Assembly (NCBI GenBank): GCA_002633005.1
Contig: NMRA01000258.1
Span: 124,001-188,000 of the forward strand
Direction: 5' to 3'
DNA from: Phoronis australis
Lineage: Eukaryota; Animalia; Phoronida
DNA length: 64,000 nt
The notes beneath the pieces were generated by a model. That model saw only the letters and a list, made by a program, of their open reading frames with translations. It ran no database searches and was not told the DNA's origin. This document shows positions 39,401 through 54,400 of this stretch, piece by piece. Position 1 is the stretch's first letter. The number at the start of each line of letters is the position of its first letter. The position numbers and the translations under genes were made by a program.

Positions 39401-42400
39401 CTTGATCAAATCCTAAACAGGCCGTGGTTCGTTTAATTTTATTGTTACGAGTCTGCCATAAAAATCTAAAAAATATCGTATTCAATTCACTCAAGACTTT
39501 TACTGGTGGATTTGGTAACATTGGCAACAAAAAATTAAGTTCAGAACTAGCTAATGTTTTCATTACAGTTACTCTACCAAACGGCGATCAATTTCGTCGA
39601 CTCCAACTTTTTAATAAAAACTTAATCTCAGTTATTCTTGAAGTGAAGTTCTTATACGTCATACTATCCAACTGAGTGTCAAAATCCACCCCCAAAAAAT
39701 CTAAAAGATTTTTTGTCCAAGACAGACTTTCTTTAGTAGGAATCATGTCATCATTATCAGTTTTACTTCCAAACCATATGACTTTTCCACATTCACTTGG
39801 AGACTGGAGACACTAGCAAACAATTGTGATACATTCAATGTGCTAGTCAATGACAAATTCGACCCTTCCAACGTAGTAGATGTGTCGTCCGCATATTGTG
39901 AAATCAAATATTCCTTATTTCCTGCAACTACACCAGGAATATTGTTATTGTTCTTGATTAAATACGCCCAAATCTCCACGCACAATATGAAGGGAGACAA
40001 AGGGTCACCTTGACTTCAGTCACGCGAAATATTGAACCAGGAAGATGGGTGACCATTTAGGACAACACAAGACTTAATATTACTGTAAAAGACTTTCACC
40101 CACCCTCTGATAGACCAACCAAAATTAATGAAAGATAAAGTTTTTTGAATAAAATTCCACGGCAATGAATCAAATGCAATCCAGGTTTGTTAGTTACCTG
40201 GGCATAAAACATTAAATCATTTAGCACGCGGATATTTTCGTTCATATTTCTTCCAGAAATGAAACCTGTATGGTCCTTACTGATTAGTTTTCCCAAAACG
40301 GATTTCAACCGCTCAGCCACAGCCGAAGAAGCCAATTCAATTTATATGTCACCTTTAGTAAGGCTATGGATCTCCAGTTTTTCAAATAATGTTTACTTTT
40401 ATCTTCTCTCTTAGAGATGCAGGTAATCACTCCCTCTTTCTGTGTTGATGATAACTGGCCAACTGCAAAAACCAGTATTAAGTGAGCGAACAACGAAATG
40501 TCCAATGTCAGCAGAATTTTTTTTTTAAAATTCCAATGAAAAACCATCAGAGCCTGAGCTCTTGTTGTTTCATTTTTTCCAAGCACTGTGTGACTTCTTC
40601 ATATGTAAGAAGACCTTCTAATTTTTTTTTCTGTCTCATTCAGTTTGGAGACACAAACCTTATCAAGAAGAGTCTCTAAAGCAGTATTGTAAGAATGTCT
40701 ATATTTGATTTGATTTTCATAAAAAGTTTTGGTTTTCTGAATAGCCTCTTCTTCACTATTGGTTTTAGTATTGTCATATTTTTACAAAAAGGCATAACCG
40801 TACTTGTGCAATGTCTATTTTCCAAAAGAAGAAAATATTTGGAAGGTTTTTCACCCTCTTCAATCTATCTTGCTCTCGACCTACATGTAATCATAAGACC
40901 TCTTAACTTATTTTAACTTAGCAAGGCAAGTTGATTATTTTTTTGTTACAGTAAATCCCTATCAAGGCTTAGACTTTTTTCCAACAAACGTATTTCTTCG
41001 ATAAGTTGCTGTTCAGCTCTATCACTTTTTCTTTTTAAGTAAGTACAGTGCCAAAGGAAATTGTTTTGCCGCGAATCTCCATCAACAACGTTTCAAGAAA
41101 AAGTTGATCATTTATAGACAATTGTAAATCTGAATTACTTGTACTATCAACTGTCTGAATATTGTCCGTCATATACTGTTGTTAAACTAATTTAACAGTA
41201 TCCTTGACTACAGCAATATACTCAGAGTTTTTTAGGAGAGAGTTATTAAACTTCCAAAATGATTTCCTCCTCCTGGAACCATCACTTTAAAAAAAATCGT
41301 TACCATTAAATGATCGGACCGCTAACCAAATTCTCTTCTGGAGTCTTCAATATCGGCTGAAAGCTTTTCAGAAATTAGAAAAAATCTAGTCTGAATCGTT
41401 TACTTCCAGCTCCCCAAGGGTATTCTTTACTATTGGAGTTTAGTTCCCGCCACGCATCAGTAATAGACAATTCTGTAGAAATATCCGTCAACTTAATCCG
41501 TGACTTTGGGTTACTAACCTGTCGATAATTAAGCGTGTCCTTAGACTGATCGAGAACAAGATTAAAGAAGAATGCCACCCGATTTAATTAGTATTTTTTG
41601 CCGACCCTACCAGGTGTTAGGGGAATCTTTATGTACATTTACATTATTCAAATAATGATTGTCAATGTACAACTTAGTGCCGTGACGGTGTGGCCAAAGC
41701 AAAACCTGAGTCGCGGGCGCCGACGAGTAAGTAGATTTGCAGTTTTGTGGCTAATTCACCAACATAATCACGTGCATTTTACAGCTTGGGCTCACTAGTA
41801 TAGTATTTTCTTGATTGGAAGTTTAGTTTCCAACTTTGGCGGGTTTATGTTCATGATGTCTGATCGGCTTCCGAGCCACTGGCCAGGATAAGGAATCAGT
41901 CCGGCCGCGACGGGCCTGATCGGGTTCCGAACCACTGGCCAGGATAAACAGCGTTTAGTGTTNCAGGATAAACAGCGTTTTGTGTTTTTAGAACTCAAAA
42001 AAATCACGAGTCTAAACACAGATCTAGGTTCTCCTGTCTGTATCTCACTGAAAAAATACTTCAAATTTATCTCCGAACAGACCCCAAACTCCTGCTTTGT
42101 AGGCTACGGTGTGTCTAAACACCAATAAATCCGTAACAGCGAAATAAAACAACGCGTTTTCATAAGAACTCGGTGTATTTGTAAGGGTTTCACATCGAAG
42201 TTTGATGATTTATTGGTGTTAAACGATGAATTCAAGCAATAAGCTGACACCAGTAACCCCGTGTTGTGAACTGCTGAACAGACTGCGTGTGAAACCAATT
42301 ACGTCATTGGATAATTTCAATACCTCCGTCTGCCGTCAGGTAACACAACCGTTCGTGCCCTTATGGAGTAGAACTACTCGATCTAAGAAGTTTGTTTAAT

Positions 42401-45400
42401 GATGCAATTATATGTTCCTAATTTATCATTGCAATGTTTACAATGAGGGTAGCCCCATCAGTTCTCACTGGTTTCCATGGGGTCCCTCGTTAATTCTGCT
42501 GAGTGTGCAGCATAATTGGGCCAATTACCAAACCACCAGGCAGCAGTTGTAATTTTAATGTAGCCCAAGTGTCATCATACAATTCTTGGCAGGCAAGCAA
42601 GCAGGCAGACATGCTGGCAGGCAGGCCCAAAAGTGTCTTTTGATATTGGCCATTCATTGCTTTTAAACTGATCTCAAATCGTTCCTTAATCACAACGGAA
42701 ATGATTTCTGCACCTGGTCACATTAGACTGTTTGTTACTGCAATAAGTTGAAGCGACCTGTAGCAATAAAGCTCTGTTAGTTCTAAATCAACCCAGGATT
42801 CACCTCTTTTCTGACTCAAAACATTGAATGTGATTTGAAGACTGCGTACAAGCAAGCGCGAATAATGTTTTCGTTCATCAACACCTGTGTAGGAAGAGCG
42901 GCCAGTTGTGTATAGGATTAGTAAAATACCCGTATCTAAAAGGGGCGTGTCTTTGAAATAGGCGTATAGTTAAGAACAAAACTACTGAACTTGAATATTT
43001 TTAGAATCTACATGTATAAAGGTGGTGTTGTCACATTTTCCCCTAATAACACTTTAACTACTACATGTACTTCAGCTTTGTTATGTATCTATAGCAATTT
43101 CTTTTTTCTACAGAAGGTACGTTTTAGGTAAAGATAGCCTGAACGTACCACCGTGACCCTAAACGCAATAGGGGGTAAGATGCAGGAGCCAAATTAGAGG
43201 ACCCTTTTCCTTATGGGAAAGGTGAAATTGAACCACGTGAGATGTTTCAGTTTGAAAGTCAAAAGCTGAAAAAGCACGTCATCTTTTGTCTGCAATCCCA
43301 TCTCTATCACACAATGGTGTTTCATTCAGTGAACCTAAAATATATTTTTGGTTGGGTTGCAACCTAAAAATAATATCAACATCGAAGTTCTGAATTTGAA
43401 TAAAAATATCGGATTTTCGTGCCTCACAAAGAATTTCTATTCCATATGTTGTTTGTTTTGTAGCGGTGCCATGTATAAGATAACTTTTATCACTTACTTG
43501 CTTTCTAATGTAATCTTTGACCCACAAAACATAAGCCCAGACATTTAGCACTTTCAATTATGTGAAATACTCGAGGAGATATTGCGAAATGTAGCAAAAT
43601 CGGTAACGGTGGCACTAATCTCCATAAAAAACACGTGTGGGTCATTTTTTTCGACTTGTTAACATCATATTGCCGTTTTCATACATAATTTTCTTCATAA
43701 AAAGGCAACTTTGATGTTGAGATCCGGGAGGTGCATGAGGGGCCATTTTTCGACTAGACTATCAGGCTCCACTAACTCGTCCAGAAATGGCAAAATGTTG
43801 CCGATCTCTAATTCTGAACAGAACGTCAATTTAGGTTCTCTTGAGTTTAAATACACCAAATATTTCTGGGCTGACTGCTGATTTTCAAATATACAAAACA
43901 CACTATCTGCATATGGTCGATAGAAATAGACATGAGGACCAGTGTACGTCTCAATCCATGTTTTCTCATGGTGACCTTAAAACATGCCGGGTAATATGGG
44001 AGCCAAAGGTGAATCCATTGCTTTACCATCAATTTGGTTAAAACTTCCCCATTAAATGCAGAATAGGTTTTGCTGGTGGCAAATTTGAATAGCTCCAGGA
44101 GTTCAGCTCGAGCAATCTTTACACTGGGATCGTTTATCATTAGACAGTCAGTAGCCAAAGATATACATTCGTCCACAGGTAGGTTAGTAAACAAACTCAC
44201 ATCAAAAAAAGCCATGAACCATTCCTGAGAATTTTACCCCTAACCTCAGAAACAAAGGATTATGTATCACCTGCTGTGTTATCCTCATTTATATGGGGTT
44301 TGAGTAGTTTGCATTGGTGCTTGGCAAGATTATAGTTGAAGATATTCACAGATGACACAATAGGTCTAAATGGAGGAACGGAATCCTCTGTCTGTTTCTG
44401 TCATTTCGGTAGACCATACAGTCTACCTGGCTATGAACCTTGTGGATACGAATAGTTGTACGTTTCAGTATCTAAACGACCATCTGTTCTTAATTTTCCG
44501 TAAAAACCTCTGTAGCTGTCCTTCTCTAGATAGCGTCAAAACTTCGACACCGCTTTATGGCTCTCAAGAACTTTCTTAGGACTTCCGTTGTTAATTTAAT
44601 GCCTCTATTGAAAAGAAATCGGTTAATTTTTAATCGTTTACGAATTTTAAGTTACCTACCACATGTAATTTCTTGGTGCTTCTGAAACATACTCCAATGG
44701 CCTTAAATCGTATCGTGGTACTATTTAAGGTCTCCGGCAGTGGTGAGACTTACCAACTGTTACGTTATGGTGGCTAACCTTTATTTACGCCTCGTGCGAA
44801 GGACAAAACACTTGGAAAAATGCAAAACAGAGAGAGTTCAATCCTTCCTAAAAATAAAGCTAATCAACGTCTTTCAATACTTAGCATTATAATCACCTAG
44901 TGTTTTAGTCACCTTGTTGCGGACGGACTGGATTTCGGCCATTTTTCTTGGTCCGGTAACTTCACCTTCCTATAGTGGTGGCTTTACTGCCATGCCTTTT
45001 TCCTGAGTACAGTAAGTGTTAAGTTTCACGGAAAATGCAACGGCAGGATTTAGGCACTGGTACGGGTTAGGGACAGGTTTAATACCTTCAAATTATTAAC
45101 CAGATGTCTAAATGTACATTACAGCGTCAAGCAGCTATGGTCAATGGGAAAACGAGTGCTCACCTTGCGCCCATAGAACACGGCCTATATTGTGCAACAC
45201 TAATTCACAATCCAACGAGACCCAGACGTGCGGCAAAGATCATCAGACGTGTTTCTGTCCCACACGTGAATACGTGATGCATTTGCAAGGTTGAAATTTA
45301 ACAGGAATCATTACATTTGTTCTTGGCCAAAAACAGCATAATTGGTTATTATGGTCTGTCTGAGACCTGAGCCTTATTGTAAACAGCATAATTGGTTATT

Positions 45401-48400
45401 ATGGTCTGTCTGAGACCTGAGCCTTATTGTTTATGCACGATCTTATTTCAGCTGGTATCAAATGATGCTGAAAAAGGAACCCTACCCATTTCAGCTGGCA
45501 ACACGTGACTTTATTTTTGAAAATATGGTCAAATTTGAAAATACCGTATGACCGCATCGATCTTTAAATAAAAACCAATTATACTGTTTTGATGAGTCTA
45601 ACTTTTTACATTGTAATCACTGTAATGGGTTTCAGTACAGAGAGGCCTTTGTGACGAAGGGCAGCGTACATGTGAGTCGTAAAAATTTTGAGGGCTGCTG
45701 TGTGGTTGCTTCATAAGTCTAGTTACTTGCGAGCAGGAAAGCGAGAGCGCACAAAATCACACGAGTTCGCGTTCACTAGTATAACAGCGGCCGTTGAAGT
45801 GTTTGGTCCGTGAAACTGGAATGGTAAATCTTGATAGAAAATTCGTCCCATGAGCGAAATTCTCTTACCGTAAGTGCCTCGTGAGTTTCTTGTGGCGGAA
45901 ACTACCTATGGTTTACGTGGCAAAGTAAAACATTGTTGGCACGGCATGGTGTGTATGTTGATGCCGACGTCGACGAGGTGATATCTTCAAGGCTCAGTTG
46001 AGTGGGTCTGGTAAGTAGAGTATTATTAGTCCCTACATTTGCAGAGCTGCATTTCATCCTGTTAAGTTAGCTAAAAACGAAAATCGAATTACACTTTTTA
46101 TCCCTCATAAAATATGTCTTACCGTGGTCGCTGTAGAATTCCTTTTCTGTTACCAGTAACAACATTGAATCCATCAGCGACTCAAAAAAATCGCTTTAAA
46201 GATTATTAAGGCTGCCAAGGTCTAAAATTGCGATTTCGAAAATTGGGCAGGCAGGCAATGCCTATGACTTGAGTTGGGAAAATCAATGGAATCATATCAC
46301 GTAAGGAATCTTGTGAGATCGATTTCATAAGAGTAGCAGGGTTAGTTTGATTTCCGTTTCTAGCAAGCGTAGTAGGGCGAATGCACTTTAACGTATGAGT
46401 TAAGGCCGCGACATTCGCGGGTGTAACCAGATAAAATCACGTTTTTGCTTGTCACGTATGGCGACACAACGTCAAGACGCAGCATCCAGCCAAACTCGGA
46501 TTCAAATTCCGTCTTTTTCTCGCACCCTGAATCCTGGGTCTCATTTGTAACATGCTTAAACTATTTCTTTCTAGGTGTAAAAGGTTGTGATCAGATGGAG
46601 TTCCTTCAAATATTTTCTGTTTCCAAACGTGAAATATCAGGTCACACCATCAGTATTAACTCAATGTCCAGTGGATGGCAGTGTGCAGTGCGGTGCTTCA
46701 ATGATTCTACTTGCAAATCTGCTGATTTCACAAAACTCGATGAACACACTGGAATTTGTCACTTTAAAAACATATCCTGGGACACTACCAACGGAGACAT
46801 CAGGAATCTACAAACTTCGTTCCATGCCACTCATCACATGGAGATGAGATGTTTCAGTGAGTAACGCTGATAGTTATTTTCATCCTGACCTTTACGACGA
46901 AATGTTGCTTTCAAGAACATCCTTAAGTAAATTTTTAACTGCGAAAATTCCGGGATGTTTAAGAAGCAGTAGATTAAGAGCTTTTATTCCGTTTCCCTGG
47001 TAACATAGTTAATGTGATTTTCTTTCCATCCATATTTTCGTGTTTTTCCTACACCAAGTGTACCTTTCAATTTCAAATTTTAACTACCATAAGAATCATT
47101 AAAATGAATACAACTCCTAATAGTGGTATACTTGGTCTTGATTCTAAAGTGAGGCCGGACCATTTTGCTTCCTGTTGTTATCCCGAGTGTTCTCAACTAG
47201 AGCATTTGAGCACTGAATCGCTAATCACTTGGTGTTACAGTAAATATAAAATCATTTACACTTTACCAAAAACTCTCGTTTATCGCCAAACTCTGTTCTT
47301 GGATCATATTGAGTTAAACCCATTTCCTTGACACATAACATTTGTACAAGATGGCCAGTTGGGTGTCCACAATCGCCGTTAACTTACTAATAAGCTGTTT
47401 TAGGTTCTATAAATTAAGCATTAGACTTGTATTCCCCAGTTTACATTAAATGAAGAATGATCTTGTGTAGTAAACATAATATCCCCTCAAGCAAAATGAT
47501 GGCGCAAAATTGACCGATAGCTATTCAAACTGAGCTACAGTACTCAGACCAGCACGGCAAGGAATTTTACTACACGTTTTGTCTATGACATGCAGGCCCA
47601 TACGACTGCAAGACGAGCGAGAAGGGAGAAGACTACAGCGGCACCATACGGTCTACACTTTCGGGTATTAGTTGCCAGCGGTGGGACTCACAAAGTCCAC
47701 ATACACATGCAGCGACGCATCTCGGACCGGAGGAAAACTTTTGTCGAAACGTAACTCCAGATGTAGACCCGTATCCATGGTGTTATACCGTTGACGAGAA
47801 CAAACGCTACGAGATCTGTGACGTTCCATTTTGCCCTGCACATGAAGGTGAAAACCATTCGTTCTGCTAATTCTTTTCATTATCGACGTCGTTCGCATAA
47901 GGTCTTCGCTATGAAATTACTTAGAATTCTTGAGATTTTTTTTCAACGGACCACCTTGTACTTTGGAAGCATTGTCAGTGTAAGTGTGACTTTCAGATGC
48001 GAACAAAGCAGTCTGCAATAAGTTAAACTACGTAATGTTTGGTTTGATTTGGTTTCAGAAACGTTCCTTTGTCCTCCTGGATGGTACGGCATTACATCGA
48101 AATGTTACACGTTCTTTAACAAAGAGCATAACATGTATCGTTATGATGACGTTGTCGACTACTGTAATCAGAGAAATGGATATGTCCTTACGATGAAGAC
48201 ACTCGAGAAGTCGCTGGAAGTGGCGACACTTCTCACGAGGTGATGTGGGAGCTTTTTTGAAGAGATGTTTTCACTTTACTTATTTGTCAAAACGAAAATC
48301 TTGAACTAGGCCCCTCAATAAAGTACGTTTGAAACCTTTAGGTACCATGTCAGAGACGACTTTCAGTTTATTGGTAAGTAAAAAGTGTTAACAAGCCATC

Positions 48401-51400
48401 ACACTTAACAGGATTTGCTATTTCAACAGAAACAAATCTAAACCATTTGTTAATTGAAGTAAAATGACAAAATCAAGTAATGAGATTTTCTCTTATTGCA
48501 TCCGTCCCCACCTAGTTGTCTATGAGGAAATTGTTAGAAAACGGTCGCCGTGGGCGCATTTTCTCTCCCCGTCCACAAATGAATTCATCCAAAGGACAGA
48601 TACATGTGGCGGGATAAAGGTACCAAGAATAGATTTTTATGTTTTGCAATAGCTGATTTTCGAAATAACCGCGCCATATTCAAATTCACTATCCTGTCAG
48701 ACAGCGGCCAAGTCTTAGGTGGAGAGACGTTAAGCGCCGTTCACAAATCCCATGTAATACGGACTGGAGTTTACAACCTGCTGGTATCAACGGCATTTTA
48801 ACATATTTCCTCCTATCATAATACAGGCAAATTTTCATGGATATGCGGTGGGACGTATTTTAGGTATACAGTAAAAGGCCAATCTCTTGAAACGTCCATG
48901 GATGAAGGACACCGTATGCCCTGTGCATTCATAATTGCAAAGAAGAATACGCGGCTGTAGTCATTGGCTGCGATTCTTGAAAAGGAAAAATTTCGATCCC
49001 TGTCGGTGTCAAGACTCTGAAATATTGAATAAGTGAACTTGACGTAATCAAAAAATGGAAGAAGTTGACATTGGGATTTTAACACTGATTTGCTATCAAT
49101 ATGAGAAGGCTTAAGACAATTTAAATTGCGGCACCATATGATTATATAGTAGCCAATTTCATTACACGGCCGAATCTGAGTTGGGATCAACCTGGAGTCG
49201 CTTTCTTGCTCTCATTACTCAGGAGAGCGCCACTATGAAAAGTTCTCAATTGATTGTAGTTTCTACATAAGCAGCAGCGTGTTTAAGAAAAAGAAGTCTT
49301 GGGATAAGTTGGCCTGTGTGAACCTGTCTTAAGTGTTTCCAAATTACTTTACCGGAATATTCTATTACGCATGCGCTTGCTTGTAACTTCGTGGTTCCAT
49401 TAGCAGGCATGTTGCTCCGGGTTGACAATCCATAGCTGTGAGGAAGTTATATCAATGTGATTTACATTTTCTACGGATGCTGTAAGTTAATATTTAAAGA
49501 CTAAATTACCAAAACTGATGCCATATGACTTTTTCGAGTCAGCCGCTTTCTCATTCCCATTTATATTGTAAGAAAACATTAAATTGCCCAGAAAAAGTGG
49601 TCTCAAAATGCATCATCCATAATAGATCTGTTTGTCGGGACTCAGAGTCACGCACAAAGGTCCATTTCCGGTGGCAAAACCACTTCGCGACTTATCACTT
49701 ATACAATTTTTTCATGGTAACAAAGTATTTGTTGGTGCAGGAGTCAACTTAAACGGTTCCGTTTTGAATAATGCCTAAGTTTTGTTTATACAAACCATTT
49801 TGTGGCTTTTAACGACCGCGCATTGTTTGTATGCTATATTTAGGTATGCCAGTATATTGCCACCTCGTGACACCTTTTGGCTTGGACTGACAGATGAAGA
49901 TGCATCTGATGCAAGGCAGTACACTTGGTCTGACGGCTCGTGGCTGGCTAGTTTCGCGCTCTGGGATGACTTTCATCCTTCGAGCGATGAACTAAGACAC
50001 GTCGTAATAAAGGTCGGAACTGACTTCAAATGGCGCAGTAATGCTGGTGAAGATCAGCACGGTATCATTTGTGAAAAAGATGCTATCGGTAAGCCAAGAG
50101 ATTTATATTTTAAATAAGTTCATTTCGCCTCGTTTTGGCCTAAGATACGACATTAAACGGTGCCTTGGGTTCATTATACACCCGTGACGCAGTGTGCTTG
50201 CATATGGTCACAAGAAAGGGAAGGGAAACTTTTAAAGCGGCTATAAGGCCCCTTTCCTGTAAAAAATAACTTATTTTGTTTAAAACACTTATCGATAGAA
50301 AATTGGTGTCGATATCTCCATTAGATACAAGCGACGTGAAATCTGTGCTTTTGGAAAGTTATTGCTTGGGGACTAGACTGTAAAAGCGGACTCGTCGTGG
50401 AGTGTCATGTAATGCGTTGAACATGTTCTCGAGCAATGGCGAAATGACATCTCTATAAGATCCAAAATCATTTTCCATCCCAGTAAGGAACTAGTTGAAA
50501 CAAATTATATAACGGCACTACTTTTTGGACGCAATGGAGATTCACTGCATTTCTTGTTTTGATACGAATGGAGCACGATCGCTACTAAAAGTGTTGGAAC
50601 CTCACATCTAGTTTAGTGTTGGAAAATCTCCGCTAGTATAGCGTTGGGATACCACCGCTGGTATTAAAGCGTTCGAGCACCACCGCTAGTATAGTGTTGA
50701 GACACTACCGCTGGTATAATGTTGAAAAACCATCGCTAGTATAGTGTTGGAGCACAACCGATAGTATTGTGTGTTGGAGCACAACCGACAGTATTATGTG
50801 TTGGAGCACAACCGTTGATTAAGTGTTAAAATACATGTAAGTAATCTTTGTAGTGGCTTTTACTGATCTTATGTTCCCCCGTTTTATTGTAAGTTCTCCC
50901 CGGATGTTATGGTCAGTGGTCGTATGGCTCCATGGTAATCTATCACAACGTGACGCAGCAACAGTGTCGTTGGACGTGTGAACAACAAGGCTACTTGTTT
51001 GCCGGACTTCAGGACGAGGAGGATTGCCGCTGTACAAATAGCCTGGGTGACTATAACTCGAGGAACAGGTCGGAATGTAGCACGTGTCAAGGACAATTCT
51101 GCTACTCTTGGATTTTGCTTGCTAAAGGTTTGGCAACGCCACTTTACATTCCTGTGACCCGATTGTAACATTCATTCTTCTAAGCATACATATTCATGAT
51201 AACGTTTCTCAAGGCAAGTTCAACATGTCAATCAAGATAAAAATTTCAGGTACTCAGGGCGCGTGAACAAGTAAATACAATAATTGTCCGCCATCTTTGT
51301 CCAACAAAGAGAACCTGCCAACAAAAAAGTAAAGACGGTTTTAGGATATCCTTGGATAGAGTGAATAAAGAAAATACATATCACTGATAAAAAGTTGTCT

Positions 51401-54400
51401 CAGAGCACACGATCAACTGAATACACACCTTCATAAACAAACACAAAGTGAAAAATCTCCATTAAAACATCCCACACATGTTTTAAACTAATGTGGACCA
51501 TATGCGGGTGACAGCGCACGCGACCTACGGAAACATGACTTCATCAACACAGAATACATTTTCCATTGGATTACCCTGTAAATGTAACAACCGTTCCATT
51601 TTACTTGTTTGTTACATTTTACGTTGGTAAGCCTCTCCTAAAATATAACAAGTTGTTACATTTTACGTAATTGTTACACTTTACGTCGAATTTACATGCA
51701 AGAAATGTACCATTGTGGGCTCGGACAAGAATTGACCCATTTATCAAGTAACTTTGGGTAAAAATTCACATTTTCACCAAGTTCCCTTGAATAAATTCAC
51801 AAAAGGCACCCTTTTATATAGTATTTTATCTAAAATTGCTGCATTTCGGGGAGTACTTTTTGCTTTGAGAAAAACCTTTTAGGCGGCACTTTTCGTATAC
51901 CTCTTTTATCAGAATACCATCCGGGTTGTCACGGCATGAATTTCGCTAACTATTATCATTATTAGTAGTAGTATCACTAGAGCGAGTTTTGTTACAAACA
52001 TATTTAAAGGGGTTGCTGGGTTCAACCTTAACGATATTGTGAAAAACGTCTTGATAGCTGTGGATGCAGAGTAGGTCTACTTTTTGGAAACGAGGAGGTT
52101 GAGACAAAAAAATCTTGTTTAGACGTGCCCCAATTTTATGTGGAAATGACCCGTATATTCTTAAAAGAACACAGTCAGGGATTTAAATTAGGTTTCGTTG
52201 AAAGTGGGTTGTGCGGAACAAAAACAGCTATCAAATTGGGTTCCGAAATTGAATTCTCCGTGAAAAATTTGTGGTCGATTTTCCCAAAGAAGTGCGATAA
52301 ATATTATCCTAAATACAATTTTTTGTTTCTGCTGTGCTTACCAAGGGAGGCCTGTATACTGTAATGCCGGATAGACACTTGGTTTATGACCTGTGAGCGC
52401 CAACAAAAGATTGCAAGAACGCTTGAACAATAGCAAACCTGTTAGCTGATACTGGAAACTCCTTTCGTCTGGAGTTGAAAATGTGGAGGTATATTTTTGA
52501 CTACACCAAGAAACCATTCATTTTTAAAGCAACAGATTGCACGTGGGGACGCATTTGGCAATTCGAGCTGGCACATTTGACAAAATCTTATTCAAATAAT
52601 CCAAGAACAAAAGAAGCCATTAAGTGTTTGAACCGTTTTCCTCAGTGTAATAAACACCATGCAAAATCACGAAACATGACGTCGCTTTCGTGAAATGTAA
52701 CAATGTTACTTAACTTGTAAAATTACAGAAGATATAACACCATGTTACACTTTAGGAGAGGCCTAGCAAATTAAACTGTAACAATGAAGTAAAATTTCAC
52801 ATTTCACAGCGTATCAATGCTTACATGTTATGTCACTTTCAGACGACATGTTTGACAGCAGTGAATCGACTACACCAAGTTCCGCAAATGTCATGTTAAC
52901 TACTTTACCAGCGACTTTGGACATTGCTTCAAATGCAACAACAGTAGCGACCACCAGATTTTCAACAAGCTCATTGGAAACTACAGAAAGTCCAATGGAC
53001 AATCAAACGACCTTATCAGTAACTTTGGAAACGCCCTCCACATCTTTAACAACTTCACTTGAAACAACAGAAAGGTCCATCAGCAATCACACGACGAGAC
53101 CTCAAGCTACACAAACAACTGTTACGTATACGAACGGCTTACCACAAACAACTGGAAGTGCTACAAACAATCAATCGATAAGACTAGAGACTGTAGACAC
53201 GACTACTACATTTTCGATTAGTTCACCTGAACATCCTATCACCCACCAAACGACGAGCCAGGAGGCTGCAATATCGACCACTATATTTTCGACTAGTTCA
53301 CCGAAAATAACTGAACGTTCTATCGCCAATCAAACAGCGGTAAGAGAAACTTCAGAAACGACGGTCACATTTTGGAATAGTTCACCAAAAACAAATGAAC
53401 GCCCTACCATGAACCAAACGTCGAAAGAGGAAAATCAAAGAGCGACCACATTTTCAAGTGAAAGTCCCAATAGCAATCATACGACGAGACCTCAAACTGC
53501 AGAAAGGACCACTACGTATTCGACTCACTTACCACAAACAACTGGAAGTTCCACCACCAGACAACCGACAAGAACAGAGACTGTAGCTACGACCACCACA
53601 TTTTCGACTAATTCACCAAAGAATTCTATCACCAACCAGAGGACGAGCCAGAACAATGCGGCTGCCACCACTACATTTTCGATTAGTTCATCTGAAACAG
53701 CTAAACGTTCGACCATCAGTGAAACAGCCACAACTGACACGAGCTCCACGTTCTCGACTAGTTCATGGGAAACAGCAGAAAACCCGAACGCTAGTCAACT
53801 GACATGGACAAAGACTATTGAAACAACCACATCATTTTCGACAAATTCACCTAAATCGACAGAACGTCGTAACACCAATGGGCAAACAAAAACATTTTCC
53901 ATGTCAATGAGCTCGGGAACAGTGGTAAGATCTGAATTGGCCACGGCTGTGACAACATCTGAGAACAAGACACAAACGACAGAAATTCCGACATCAGCAC
54001 ATGATCAGATGACTAAATCTGCAGGAACCGCTCTCGTGACCTCTACAACAACTTTACCTCCTTATGAAGTTACCCATGAGCCATGCACGCGACAAAGTAA
54101 GTTGAGTGCGAGGCTGGGACCTGGCGCTCTTATGTTTTGTTTAACACTATCCCCATGCAATTCACAATCTTTGTCGTCCGCATTATTAAAGAGCGAACTG
54201 TCAAACTTGAGTCGAATTTTCGAACCAGTGTCACACTGAGTGTGCAATAGTTTGAAGAGAAAAGGCCAAAAGCCAGATAGCATTTTGATATCACCTTCAG
54301 AGAATTTTATTTAATCTGATTCGGGCTTACTCTACTTTTGATCCGTTACCTCTGTGATATAGGTACCCAGAACTAAACACCGTAGGACAGTTCTGACAAA

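Noticed and set aside
41939-41985. 23-bp duplication around a single N
   Set aside because: Probably a contig-join artefact.
45946-46010. Candidate first exon for the PAN-to-TM part (ATG...CTG|GTAAGT)
   Set aside because: The ATG frame hits TGA, the phase-1 frame is also closed, and no signal peptide is encoded. A non-coding exon cannot be excluded.
47596-47847. Calling the gene plasminogen, HGF or Kremen
   Set aside because: There is no serine-protease or CUB domain and the domain order differs, so no symbol is assigned.
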